A stretch of DNA of 64,000 bases from Octopus sinensis (GCF_006345805.1 NC_042999.1:45260001-45324000), one strand, 5' to 3'. Positions 35,751-48,751 are shown, counted from the stretch's first letter. Numbers and translations are program-made. The notes: generated by a model not told the origin, from the letters alone.

Positions 35751-38061
35751 AAAGAATCACTCGTTCTGATTCTACATTCTGCTACGAAATTTGTTGAGTT
35801 CAACTTTGCCTTTCATTCTTCAGAGGTGTTGATAAATTAAGGCATCAATGAAATACAGGAATGATTTAATTGATCCATCTATTCCCCACAAATTTATGGC
35901 TTTGCGCTTGTGTCACAAATGATTATAAATGAGTATAAGAATGATTATAAAGATGTCATATACAGTGATATCAAATAAACATGGAAAAATGGAAAAAACT
36001 CACACATAGGATGCAAACAAGCTCAATCCTTCATCAGCTGTTGACCAAATATCATCACAATTTTGACACCTTCCAACAAATGATTACTATGATAAAAAAA
36101 AACAACAGCTGTGCTATAAAATGTATAATTCTGTCATTTGCTTTGCTTGTACTCAAGAAGACCCATCCATTGATACCAGTGCTGGTGCCACTTAAAGAGC
36201 ATTTGTGCTGCTGCCACATTAAAAGCACTGGTGCTGGTACCACATAAAAAGCAGTTAGTACACTTTGTGGAGTGGTTGGCATTAGAAAGGGCATCCAGCT
36301 GTAGAAACTATGTCAAAATAGACAATGGAGTCTGGTGCGGCCCTTGACCTTACCAACTCTGGTCAAACTGCCCAACCCATGCCAGCATGGAAAACGTATG
36401 CTAAATGATGGTGATGATGATGATGTGGATGTGGATGATGCTCATGATCACAATGATTAGTTCTATCATATTATTGAGACTGACTACACACTGTCGTAAG
36501 ATCCGATTACGTGTATTGATACATGACCTCTATTTCTTTTGTATAGAAGCAGTATTTTTGATGATACTGTGGCTTACTAGAAAGTTTATTAAAGCAAAGC
36601 AGCAACATTTTTGACAAAACTGGTAAAAAGGCATTTTTTTCTAAGAGACACCATGGATTATTTGAAACAGAGTAAGAATTTCTAGTACATTTACTAAACA
36701 GTTTATCCAATTAAGAACACACACACACACACAGATACACACAGATGCATGCAAACATGTACATACACATGCATATGCACATATGAACCTGCACATGTAT
36801 GCACACACTCAAACACCTAAATACAACCTTGCACTGCAACATACACGTGCACATACTTGCACATGTATTTATCCAATTAACTGCACTGGTATGCACTCAT
36901 TTAGAGGAATCTCTGTTGATTTTGATAACAAAGATTCAGTTGTTCAATTAACTGAATTGCTTTCTCATTGAATTAGCATGTAGGTGACTGAATATTCCTA
37001 AGACACATGTACTCATGATGCAATTTCAAGACAGATTTTGCAAGGAATCATGTATGACAAAGCCATACCTTTGAAATACAGCTACATTCTATCAGACTGG
37101 CTTCTGTGCAGTTTTCATCTCAGGTAATTCTACTCACTAATTTCTGTAGACCATTATCTGCAGGAAATGACATTTGCCCAAGATACCATGCAGTGGAATT
37201 GAACTCAGGATCTCATCTGCAAAGCAAACTTCTTAACCATTCAGCTATAATGTATTTATGCATGCTGGAATGTGATAGCTGCAACTTTATTCTCAGTAAT
37301 ATCATAGCTTGATTAATGTGCTGAACAGGTACAATTGTTAGCATGCTGGACAAAATGCCTAGTGAGTACAAATTCAGCCGAGGTCACCTTTGCCTTTCAT
37401 CCTTTGGGGTCCTTTTGAGGCTCTTTGGGGATCAATAAAACCCTGTTGAACTGGGTAATTAACTTAACCCTTCCCCCAAAATTGTTGGCCTTGTGCCAAA
37501 ATTTGAATCCAATATCATAGTTGGTTCTTTTTCTTAAACACGAACAGCACAGGTGTGGCTCATTTGTACACTACCTCATTTGTACAAATATGGCATCAAT
37601 ACCACCTGTGCCTTCATTCCATTACTGAAATTTTAATCAAGTGTTTTGCCTTTGTTTGCTACAGTCAACAAAGATGTAATAGAGATGTAATCATGTGATT
37701 CCTGTGCTTCAACCTTTTTAAAGTGAGGAAAGGACTTTGCAGAGAGCCATCCCATTCTTCAAAAAATGCATACGCTTGCCCTTAAACAAAAACTAGTCTA
37801 TATCATTAGATGCAAACAACGTCACAGGTGTTACAACAGGGTTTTGTTTTTCTCCTAGAGAGATGTCTTAACTTTACTGTATTCATCCACCTTTGACAGG
37901 TTTTGTATTCATCCTGCAAGGTGTCCAATGAAAACCACACTTTTTACCAAGCAGGCTTGGTAGGGTTACCAATTTCATTGTTAACATTCCAATCATGCAA
38001 CGAGTTGTAGAGGATTACTGGTCACCAGCAGCGCTAAGAGCACTACTAGTGATTCATGTGC

Positions 38062-38102
<41 letters not shown>

Positions 38103-38137
38103 TAATAATAATAATAATAATAATAATAGTAATAATA

Positions 38138-39283
38138 GGGCAGTATCATTACTTAGATACTTAGCAGCTTTTGTAGATTGGACAAAAACTGAATTAGCAA
38201 AGCTAGACAGAAGAACTAAGAAGGAATTTAATATGAATGGAGGACTCCACCCAAGGGCAGGAGTAGCATGATTATATCAGCCTAGAAAGGAAGGCAGAAG
38301 AGGGTTAATATCAGGAGAAGAATCCTTGGAGTTAGCTAGAGTAGATATAGACTCCTATGTAGGTAATAAAGAAGAAAGTTTATTAAAAGCTGCTAGAATC
38401 ACAGTAAGACATAGGGAAACCAAAAACCCAAACGAACTTAAAAACCAAGAAAAAGAACAGAAGTTATCTCACTGACAGGAGAAGGCATTGCATGGTAGAT
38501 TCAGCAAATAGTAGTAGTGAGACATGGCTATGATTGCAGAAAAAGAAACTGAATAGAGAGATAGAAAGTTTGTTAGTAGCTGCACGCGATCAAGCATTAA
38601 AGACTAATTGGATGAAAGCCAAGAAAGACAAAAACCAAGTAGAATGCCAATGTAAATTATACAAATTAAAAGAGAAAAGTGTTACTCACATAGTAAGTGA
38701 ATGTAGCATGCTATCACAGAAAAAATACAAGAAAAGGCATGATAATTTAGGGAGAGTAATCCACTGGGAGCTATGTAGAAAGGTAGGATTTGAAGATACT
38801 GATAAATGCTATGAACATAAACCTAGTAAAGTACTAGAAATCAAGAAATATAAGATGTGGGACTTCAACATTCAGACTGACAGTAATAGAAGCTAGAAGG
38901 CCTGATTTGGTAGTAGTAGATAATGAGAATAGAAAGTGCCAGATGATTGACTTTGCAGTCCCAAATGATGAAAAAATTAATTAGAGAAGTATAGAAAAAA
39001 TAGCAAAGTACAAGGACCTAGCTATCGAATTACAGAGACTATGGAAAGTGTGGGTGAAATGTATCCCGGTAGTTATAAGTGCATTGGGAACTATCCTTAA
39101 AGATCTGAACAGATGGATAGAGGAAATAGGTATAAAACCCAGTTTAGTACAGCTCCATAAAACAGTGTTATTAGGGAGAGCTAGGATACTTTGGAGGGTT
39201 CTTGGCATCTAAGATTACTTGTTGTGGCCTGATGCTTGGATGTTTTTCTTTTTCTATAGTCTAATCTGTTGAGTGTATATGAA
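38138..39283 (+). mobile_element. R4/Dong-like REL non-LTR retrotransposon, 5'-truncated, family 1
   Basis: CKLYKLKEKSVTHIVSEC (decayed CCHC), RHDNLGRVIHWELC, WDFNIQTD, RRPDLVVVD...IDFAVP...KYKDL...LWRVLGI*; flanked both sides by (TAA)n. Confidence 0.85.
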
Positions 39284-39424
39284 AATAATAATAATAATAT
39301 AATAATAATAATAATAATAATAGTAGAAGTATTAGTATTAGTATTAGTATTAGTAGTAGTAGTAGTAGTAGTAGTAGTATAGTAGTAGTAGTAGTAATGA
39401 TAATAATAATAGTGATAATAATAC

Positions 39425-39955
39425 TTTCTTTTATAGGCCATAAGGGCTAAACACAAAACAAGTAGGGATGATGCAATACAAGGGACAAGTGGGGAGTTGA
39501 ACAATGCTGTGTATACAATAAGTAACAAAAGCAATTAACAAAATAATTAAACAATAAAATTCTACGAAAGTGGGAGAGTTCGTCTCAGGGACAACCAAGG
39601 AACTCCACACCTTCTGATTATCCTGACCACCAGCTGCACCTCAACAGGCACCTCTCTCCTTCTCAAACTCCTCCGGTTAACAAACGAAAGTCCAGAGTAG
39701 GCTCATTCACATGGGTCATCTTCTGCACAGTCACTGCCTTTCAACAAATTTTCTGGTGAGCAGAACCTTCTTCTCTACTCTCACTTTCTTTTTCAACTGG
39801 CACTTGAAAAAGTCGATGAGGGCTTAGCCAAAGGGGTACGTATCTGTCTTCAGTCCTTTCAATCTCATCCACCATACTATCTCCTTTGCCATAGCCACCA
39901 AACAGAAGAAAACTGCCTTTCCTCTCTGGCCAAAGGACGGCGGCAGGGTGATCTT
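39425..39955 (-). mobile_element. L1/Tx1-type LINE ORF2 C-terminus and 3' UTR
   Basis: Minus-strand AVFFCLVAMAKEIVWWMRLKGLKTD...LIDFFKCQLKKKVRVE resembles Tx1/L1 ORF2 ends. Confidence 0.6.
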
Positions 39956-40029
39956 CATGATGATGATGATTATGATGATGATATAGTAATAATAATAATA
40001 ACAATAATAATAATAATAATAATAATAAT

Positions 40030-40460
40030 AATCCTTTCTATTATAGGTACAAGGCCTGAAATCTTGGGGGAGGGGTTTAGTCGATTTTGTTGACTGCTGT
40101 ACTTGATTGGTACTTATTTCGTTGACCCCAAAAGGATGAAAGACAAAGTCGACCTCAGTGGAATTTAAACTCAGAACACAGTGACGGGTGAAATATCTAT
40201 TTCTTTACTACCCACAAGGGGCTAAACACAGAGGGGACAAACAAGGACAGACAAATGGATTAAGTCGATTACATCGACCCCAGTGCGTAACTGGTACATA
40301 ATTTATCGACCCCGAAAGGATGAAAGGCAAAGTCGACCTCGGCAGAATTTGAACTCAGAACGTAACGGCAGACGAAATACGGCTACGCATTTCACCCGGC
40401 GTGCTAATACCACAAGAATTTAGTCAAGCATGCTAATGCTTCTGCCAGCTCACCACCTTA
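40030..40460 (-). mobile_element. SINE family B dimer
   Basis: Two units joined at GAAATATCTATTTCTTTACTACCC. Confidence 0.85.
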
Positions 40461-40489
40461 ATAATAATAATAATGATAATAATGTTTGT

Positions 40490-40730
40490 CCATCATTGTC
40501 ATCAATAACCAGGACATCACACTGGAGAAGATGGATCATGGCATGTCTGGTTGTGGTCAATCAGGCTGATGCATGCTTGAAAGGTTTCTTCCTGCAGGTC
40601 GGCCACTGGTGGTCTGCTGGGAATGAAGACAAAAAATTGGCTCTCGACTTGTGCAGACCACATCTTCTTTGTGCTCCTGTGATCCTGTTCTATTCATAGG
40701 ATTGTAGGAGGTGGCAGCTCTGTTAGTGCA
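40490..40730 (-). mobile_element. RTE-type LINE 3' end
   Basis: Minus-strand HKSRANFLSSFPADHQWPTCRKKPFKHASA*LTTTRH resembles the CPTC...SH zinc finger of RTE ORFs. Confidence 0.55.
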
Positions 40731-41121
40731 GCTAAGCTAGGCAGGGAAATCCTGTGCGTGCATTTCCCATATGTTTGTTTCACTAAGATTGATCTTGGGG
40801 AACTATGCAACACCATTGCATTCACTTTAAATGAATCTGTGTCAGTTTCACTGATGAGAAATTTGCTGTTTGATCTCTTCAGAGAGATATCAAAACAAAA
40901 ATTAAAGGATTTCTCACTCTATTGAGTTCATCTAGCTTTTGACAGATTTCTATTCATCCTGTTGGGTGTCCAATGAAGACCACCCATCTTACCAAGCAGG
41001 CTTAGTAGGGTTGCCGGTTTAGTAGTTAACAGTGTGAGCACTCAACAATTTTTGTAGAGTTGTAGAGAGTTCCTTGTCATCTTGTCATCAGTAGCACTAA
41101 GAGTGTTACTAGTAACTATGT

Positions 41122-41465
41122 AAAAAGGTAAAGACCTCTTTCAGTCATGAATGACCATGGGATTGCACCTAGAAAGTTCCTCTCTGAGGCACAAGTCTAG
41201 GCAAGGTTGTTTATAGAAGACCAGTAGTCACCCATGCAAGCCAGACTCCCTTCTCCATGCCCCTGATGTTATCCAAAGGAAAGGCAAAGGCGGATACAGC
41301 TTGGCACCAGTGATGTTGCAACTCATCTCTACAACTGAATGAACTAGAACAATGTGAAATAAAGTGTCTTGCTCAAGAACTCAACATGCAACTCAGTCTA
41401 GGAATTGAACTTACTACCTCATGATCGTGAGCCTGACACTCTAGCCACTGAGCCATGCACCTTCA
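41122..41465 (-). mobile_element. SINE family C
   Basis: Reverse complement of 618-926. Confidence 0.85.
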
Positions 41466-42284
41466 GTGATTCACGTACATATACACATACATACACTTGC
41501 ACATATGTTTTTTTGGCTAAGATTGATTTTGGACTATTGCATTCACTTATAAATTACTCTGTGTCAGTTTCACTAATGAGTAATTTATTGTCTGATCTCT
41601 TCAGAGAGATATCAAAACAAAATTAAGGGGTTTTCTGCTCCCAGCTGTTCACTCTACTAAGTTCATCTAACTTTTGACAGATTTTGTATTCATCCTATCT
41701 TGCGAGGATATCCAATGTAAACCACCCATCTTACCAAGCAGGCCAGTGCTACTTGTGATTCATGTTCAGATACACATATATACACTCACACATATGTTTG
41801 TTTGACTGAGATTGATCATGTGCTACACTAGCTTGGTAGGATTGCCAGTTTAGTTGTCAACAGCTTGATCATACAACAAGCTGTAGAAGTTTACATATCA
41901 CCAGTAACACTAGGAGTGCTACTAGTGACACATGTACACACGCACATGTTTGTTCGGCTGACGTTGATCTTGGAACAAAACAACATCATTGTGTTCACTT
42001 ATAAATGAACCTCTGTTAATTTTGCTTACGAGTAATTTGTTGTTTGATCAACTAGACTTGTTTAAATTAGTTAAGTGGTTGAGTATTCCAAAGACATTCC
42101 ATCCAAGAGGCTTCCATACAGTTTCTATCTACCACCATTTCCCTTGGCAGGCTTGAGTTGACTTGAGGCTATGGTAAAGACAGTTAATCAAGATGTCATG
42201 CTATGCAATTGAACCTGGGATCATGTGATTGCAAAGCAAACATTTTAACCATTTGGCTATGTTTCATCTATTCTTTATTTTTTC

Positions 42285-42960
42285 ATTCTCGTACTTGTTT
42301 CAGTCATTTGACTGCGGCCATGCTGGAGCACAACCTTAAAGCGTTTTAGTCAAAGAAATCGACACCAGAACTTATTCTTTGTACACCTAGTACTTCTTCT
42401 ATTGGTCTCTTTTGCCGAACCACTTAGTTATGGGAGACGTAAACACACCAGCATCATTTGTCAAACGATGGTGGGGTGGGGGAATAAACATAGACACATC
42501 ATCATCATCATTGTTTAATGTCTGTTTTCCATGCTAGCATGGGTGGGACGGTACCACAAGAGCTGGCCAGGCTGAAGCCTGTACCAGATTTCTGTGACTG
42601 TTTTGGCAGGATTTTTACTGTTGGATTCCCTTCTTAACACCAACCACTTAGCATACACATACACATAAAAACACAGACAGACAGACAGACACACACACAC
42701 ACGCACACACACACACACGCACACACACACACGCACACACACACGATAGGCTTCTTTCAATTTCTGTCTACCAAATCCACTCCTAAGGCTATGGTTGACC
42801 TGAGGCTATAGTGGAAGACTCTTGCCCAAGGTTCCACGCAGTGCTCAAGGTGCACAAAGTTCTGAACTCATAACCCTGTAGTTGAGAAGTAAGCTTCTTA
42901 CCACACAGCCATGCCAGTGTCTATGCAAGCTTCTTACCACATAGCCATACCTGCGCCTAT
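42285..42960 (-). mobile_element. SINE family A interrupted by a family E fragment
   Basis: Family A tail 42285-42500, family E tail 42510-42650, family A head 42745-42960 with a duplicated 5' end. Confidence 0.75.
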
Positions 42961-43032
42961 GTATAAGTATGTTTGTGTGAGGGCTTACATGTATATGCAT
43001 GTGTGTGTAGGGAGAGAATATGTTCTGTTTCT

Positions 43033-43784
43033 TATTTCTTATTTCTTTATTGCCCACAAGGAGCTAAACATAGAGGGGACAAACAAGGACAGACAGAGGG
43101 ATTAAGTTGATTACATCGATCCCAGTGCGTAACTGGTACTTAATTTATTGATCTCGAAAGGATGAAAGAAAAAGTCGACCTCGGCAGAATTTGAACTCAG
43201 AACTTAACGGCAGACGAAAAACCTATTTCTTTACTACCCACAAGGGGTTAAACAAAGAGAGGACAAAGAAGGACAGACAAACGGATTAAGTCGATTATAT
43301 CGACCCCAGTGTGTAACTGGTACTTATTTAATCAACCCCGAAAGGATGAAAGGCAAAGTCGACCCCGGTGGAATTTGAACTCAGAACGTAATGGTAGACG
43401 AAATACCTATTTCTTTATTACCTACAAGGGGCTAAACACAGAGAGGACAAACAAGGACAGACAAACGGATTAAGTCGATTATATCGACCCCAGTGTGTAA
43501 CTGGTACTTAATTTATCGACCCCGAAAAGATGAAAGGCAAAGTTGACCTTCGCGGAATTTGAACTCAGAATGTCATGGCAGACGAAATACCTATTTCTTT
43601 ACTACCTACAAGGGGCTAAACACAGAGAGGACAAACAAGGACAGACAAACGGATTAAGTCGATTATATCGACCGCAGTGTGTAACTGGTACTTATTTAAT
43701 CAACCCCGAAAGGATGAAAGGCAAAGTCGACCTCGGCTAAGCATTTCGCCCGGTGTGCTAATGTTTCTGCCAGCTCACCGCCTT
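43033..43784 (-). mobile_element. SINE family B tetramer, period 184 bp
   Basis: GACG at 43213, 43397 and 43581; TSD GAATATGTTCTGTTTCT (43016-43032) / GAATATATTCTGTTTCT (43785-43801). Confidence 0.92.
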
Positions 43785-44000
43785 GAATATATTCTGTTTC
43801 TAACAAGTGTTTTGCTCTATATCTACCCCATTTCTTCACAAGGCTTGAGCTGATTTGAGGCTATGGTAAAAACACTTAATCAAGAAGTCGGGCAATGGAA
43901 TTGAACCGAAGAACTTATGGTTTCAAAGCAAACTTTTTAACCATGTGGCCATGCTTCATCCATGTATATGTATGTTTGTATGACCGCATATGGGTGTGCA

Positions 44001-44038
<38 letters not shown>

Positions 44039-44504
44039 CACACACACACATATGTACACACACACACATGTACACACACACATGTACACACACACACACA
44101 CACACACGTGTGTGTTGGAATATATTGTTTCCAACAGACACTTAGCTCTATTTGTTTTTTGCTTTCTTGCACAATAAACCATCCTCTGTCCACTGTCCAC
44201 TGTCTGCTACAAATTATTTATTGCTATTATGTTTTTTTTTCTTTTTCATAACTGTTACCTCATTAATCTTAGAAAATATGCCCACCTGATTTACAGACAC
44301 ACTTTTTTTTGTGTTGTTTGCTTTGTATCTTAATACTTCTGTGATCAAATAACAAAAGTTTATTTTTTTTAATGAGGACAAATTTTAAAAATTCAAACAT
44401 ACAAATAAAATCATGGCTAGCAAATGAATTTTTTTTTTAATATAGCTTTTTTTAAGACAGAATTTGCTGATTGATATGTTTTGCATTTTTTGTTTTATTT
44501 TTAC

Positions 44505-44525
44505 TTAGTAGTGGTAGTAGTAGTG

Positions 44526-44577
<52 letters not shown>

Positions 44578-44593
44578 AAGTAGTAGAAGTAGT

Positions 44594-44625
<32 letters not shown>

Positions 44626-44950
44626 AAGTAGTAGTGGTGGTGGTGGTAATAATAGTAGTAGTAGTTGTAGTAGTAGCAGTAGTAGTGGTGGTGGTAATAA
44701 TAGTAGTTGTAGTTGTAGTAGTAGCAGTAGTAGTGGTGGTAGTAGTAATGGTAGTAGTGTTGTTGTAGTAACAGTCGTAATTGTAGAAGTAAAAGTAGTA
44801 GTAGTAGTAGTAGTAGTGGAGGTGCTGGTGGTGGTGATGGCAGCAGCAGTTGTGGTAGTAGTGGTGGCAGTGATGTTGGTGGTGGTGGTGGTAGTAGTAG
44901 TTAGTAGTAGTGGTAGTGGTAGTAGTAGTTAGTAGTAGTAGTAGTAGTAG
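44505..44950. repeat. Compound (GTA)/(GTG)/(GCA) microsatellite
   Basis: Seen directly. Confidence 0.95.
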
Positions 44951-45079
44951 AGACTGATAGAGTAGGTACCAGATTTAAAAAAAGATATGCAGGGGTTGAT
45001 TTGTTTGACTAAAACTTCTCAAGGAAGTGCCCCAGCATGGCCGCAGTAACAATTACAGAAACAAGTGAAAGATAGCGTG

Positions 45080-45460
45080 TGTGTGTTAGAGTGTGGTTAG
45101 AAGCTTGCTTCCCAACCACCTGGTTCCAGGTTCAGTCTTACTGTGTGGCACCTTGGGCAAGTATTTTCTACTATAGCCTTGGGCTGACCAAAGACTTGGA
45201 AACTGAAAGAAGCCCATCGTATTTATGCATATTTATATGTATATATTTATGTGTGTGTGTGTGTCTGTTGCCCTGCCAACACTTGATAATTGATGCTGGT
45301 GTGTTTATGTCCCTGTAACTTAGCAGTTTGGTAAATGAGACCGATAGATTAAGTATTAGGCTTACATTAGAATGAGTCCTGAGGTCAGTTTCTTCAATTA
45401 AAACCTTTTAATTACTGGTGCTTCAGCATGGCCGCAGTCAAATGAGTGAAGCAAGTGAAA
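45080..45460 (+). mobile_element. SINE family A
   Basis: Head, microsatellite and CAGCATGGCCGCAGTCAAATGA tail. Confidence 0.8.
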
Positions 45461-45769
45461 GGATATCACTACAGTCAATTTGCCTCTGCCTCAAAATAGC
45501 ACTCAGATCTCCCTCATTACACTGTGCCATCTTACAAAAAGGAGAAGGATACATTGATAGAACTTGAAATGCATAAGAGATGATAATGTTTAAATTAAAT
45601 TTGACTATAGGTCTGCTCCATCAAGTCTAACCTAGAGTTAAAAAACAATAGCTGAAATAACTGAACATCGTTGTTGGCCCATAAAATTGGCTTTACATTA
45701 TTCAAATTAATTTATTAAATGTTATAATTATTTGTTCACATTGTTTTGGATTAATCATGCATTATCTTG

Positions 45770-46720
45770 TAGCTTATTTATGGGTCGGAAACTTGGAGTG
45801 TCAGCAAACTTATAAAGATTAATTGACAGACCTTTGTCAACAAATGTCTGCAATACATACTCAAGATCTGGTGGCTGGACAAATGAATCAAACACTTATC
45901 AAGGAAATGGGGCTAGATTGGTCACATTCTAATGAAACCTCCAAGCAGCATTGCAAGACAAGTGTTAGACTGGTAGCCTGAAGGAAGGAGGAAGGTTGGA
46001 CAACCTCAGAAGAAATGGAAAGAATCTTTTCTACTCTAAGCACAAGGCCTGAAATTTTGGGGGAGGGGGCCAGTCGATTAGATTGACCCCAGTACACAAT
46101 TCCTACTTAATTTTCAACCCCAAAAGGATGAAAGGCAAAGTTGACCTTCTCAGAATTTGAACTCAGAATGTAAAGACAGACAAAATACCTCTAAGAATTT
46201 TGCCCAGCGTGCTAACGTTTCTGCCAGCTTGCTGCCTTAAGGCATAGAAAGAATGCATGAAGAATGATGTGAAAGCAACTGGTCTCTCTTGGTCTGAAAT
46301 CAAGGCGGTAGCCCAGGATCACATCCACTGGCATGAAATAGTTGTGTCCCTTGTCTCCTCATGGAGTGGCACTCCATCAGTTATGATGACAAGCATCAGT
46401 TGATCCAATCAATGGAACAGCCTACTCGTGAAATTAACAAGCATGAGGCTGAGTACTCCACAGACATGTGTATCCTTAACGTAGTTCTCAGGGAGATTCA
46501 GCATGACACAGGGTGTGACAAGGCTGGCCCTTTGAAATACAGATACTTCTCATTTTTGCCAGCTGAGTGGACAGGAGCAATGTGAAATAAAGTGTCTTGC
46601 TCAAGGACATAACATGGCGCTGGGACTTGAATTCATGACTTTATGACCATGAGCTAAATACCCTAAGCACTAAGCCATATGTCTTCACCCTCATGGAGTA
46701 ATGTGGACTAAAAAGAAGAA
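45770..46720 (+). mobile_element. RTE LINE 3' remnant carrying two nested SINEs
   Basis: YGSETWSVS...NKCLQYILKIWW...IGHILMKPPSSIARQVLDW*PEGRRKVGQP; family B (-) 46026-46246 has TSD GAAAGAAT, family D (-) 46368-46688 has TSD CCTCATGGAGT. Confidence 0.8.
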
Positions 46721-47029
46721 CCTCATAGCTTCAAGATTCCATTGATGTTTTTGAGTATTTTTAGAATGACTTTGTAGAGGAGGCATGAGAGGCTGGATCT
46801 GACCAGTTTGGACATATTATTTGAGCCAGATATGGCCAGTTTAAATTCTAAAGGATTAATCATTAATATGAGTTAGTGATGTTGAGACTACCTTTCTGAA
46901 GCAGCAAGGAGTGGCTTTTCCTTGAGCAGTCAGGTATAGATTAAAAACAGAAATGAAAAGGAAACCATTTGGCAAGACTTGACAAGCACATTTAATGTAG
47001 TAAATTAAATAAGCCATATGCCTTCATGA

Positions 47030-47240
47030 GGGTGAATGCATATGGCTTAGTGGTTAGTGTATTTAGCTCATGATCATGAAGTCATGAGTTCAAGTCCCGG
47101 TGACATGTTATGTCCTTGAGCAAGACACTTTATTTCCCATTGCTCCTGTCCACTCAGCTGGTAAAAATGAGTAGTATCTGTACTTCAAAAAGTCAGCTTT
47201 GTCACACCCTGTGTCATGCTGAATCTCCCCGAGAGCTACA
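47030..47240 (+). mobile_element. SINE family D, 3'-truncated and fused to a family E tail
   Basis: Family D sequence stops at CATTAAGGGTA and continues GGAAGGGCATCCAGCTGTAGAAAC. Confidence 0.75.
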
Positions 47241-48007
47241 TTAAGGGTAGGAAGGGCATCCAGCTGTAGAAACTCTGCCAGATCAGATTGGAGTCTGGTG
47301 CAGCCATCTGGTTCACCAGACCTCAATCAAATCGTCCAACCCATGCTAGCATGAAAAGCGGACGTTAAACAATGATGATGATGATGATGATGATGAGTAT
47401 GAGAGGTAACAAACTTACTTGAAAGTATAACACAGCCATTGTGTTCTGCTCTTCAGCAAGGGGGGAAAATATAATTGCTCCATATTATATATAGATTAAA
47501 ACAGAAAGAAAAGGGCAAACCATTTGGCAAGACTTGATAAGGACATTTAACTTACTACATTAAATGTGCTTGTCAAGTATTGCCAAATGGTTTCCTTTTC
47601 ATTTCTGTTTTTAATCTATACCTGACTGCTCAAGAAGCCACTCTTTGATGCTTGAGAAAGGCAGTCTCAAACATCACATGTTAGACTGCAGTTTCAGTGA
47701 CATACCAAATTGAGCAGGCAAGGTGCATACCTATTAATTTGAGTCACCTGACGACAACTCCTCAGATGCTTTATATAGCAGAGCAATGGGGGGGGGGGGC
47801 AGACACAAGCACAAAAGCATATGCATACATATATATTAGTTTCAATTTTTCATACAAGGCCAGCAATTTTGGGGTGTTAGGTAAATCAATTACATTGATC
47901 CCAATGCTCGACTGACCCTGAAAGGATGAAAGGCAAAGTCAACTTAGATGGAATTTGAATACACACACACACACACACATGCACACATGCACACACATAC
48001 ACACACA

Positions 48008-48330
48008 TTTCAGGTGTGGAAACAAGGTCTGAAATCTAATGGCCTTAGAGTCAATTTAGCAAAGACCAAAGTCTTAGTAAGTAGGTAAACAGACAAATCA
48101 CAAGTCCCTTCTGGGAGGTGGCCTGGCTTGATATGTAAGAAAGGAGTTGGTAGAAACGCCGTACACTACACCCAGTGCAAGCTTTGGACACATAAGAGGT
48201 GTAGCAGTACCAATTAAAGTTAACAGAGAATATAGTCTTTGTATGTGGGAAATCTACGGGCACAATAAGCATTAAAAATATGCAGACAACAGGCTCCTTC
48301 AACTGTTTGGTTGGGTATCATTTGAGGTAG
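48008..48330 (+). mobile_element. RTE/RTEX-type LINE RT-domain fragment
   Basis: FQVWKQGLKSNGLRVNLAKTKVLVS...GRWPGLICKKGVGRNAVHYTQCKLWTHKRCS (post-RT Cys/His insertion). Confidence 0.75.
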
Positions 48331-48548
48331 TGTATATAAGGTGTTCTACACCAGAATTCGAAATTGTAATATGGCTATGTATGCTAGGAACTTACCTCTT
48401 TTGTTAGTCATTAATTTAGCACTTAATGGCTTTTAGAGTTAATTTAACTCTTATATTAGCATAAGCGGTGCTGGACAGCACCCTCTGTCACTTTTGCAAC
48501 CTCTATTAATTTTGCCTATATACGTACATACATATATATATATATATA

Positions 48549-48751
48549 AAGTTAATCCAAACATGAAAACACAAAGAGAAAACACAACAACGCAAGGACG
48601 TGGAACAAATATAGTATTATTGGAAGGGAAGAAGGAGGGTTTAACGTTTCGAGCGGAGTTCTTCGTCGGAAACATAGGAGAAGGAAAGATCCAGAGAAGG
48701 GAAGACAAAGGAAAAAAAAATCGCCAACAGTACACACGCGGTCACATTTTG

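Larger units (their letters stand above)
36890..42270 (+). repeat. Old local low-copy repeat (about 390-bp unit), 5-6 decayed copies
   Basis: Blocks such as TTTTGACAG...TATTCATCCT...TCCAATG...ACCAAGCAGGC and GCACTAAGAG.GCTACTAGTGA recur at 36895, 37880, 40772, 41505, 41795 and 41945. Confidence 0.7.

Noticed and set aside
40851-40900. CTGATGAG motifs at 40851 and 59290 as hammerheads
   Set aside because: No downstream GAAA with pairable helices; the 40851 motif is not conserved in the sister repeat at about 41570.
43033-43784. Regularly spaced repeats as a CRISPR-like array
   Set aside because: Whole 184-bp units are homologous, with no unique spacers and no cas genes; eukaryotic SINE multimer.
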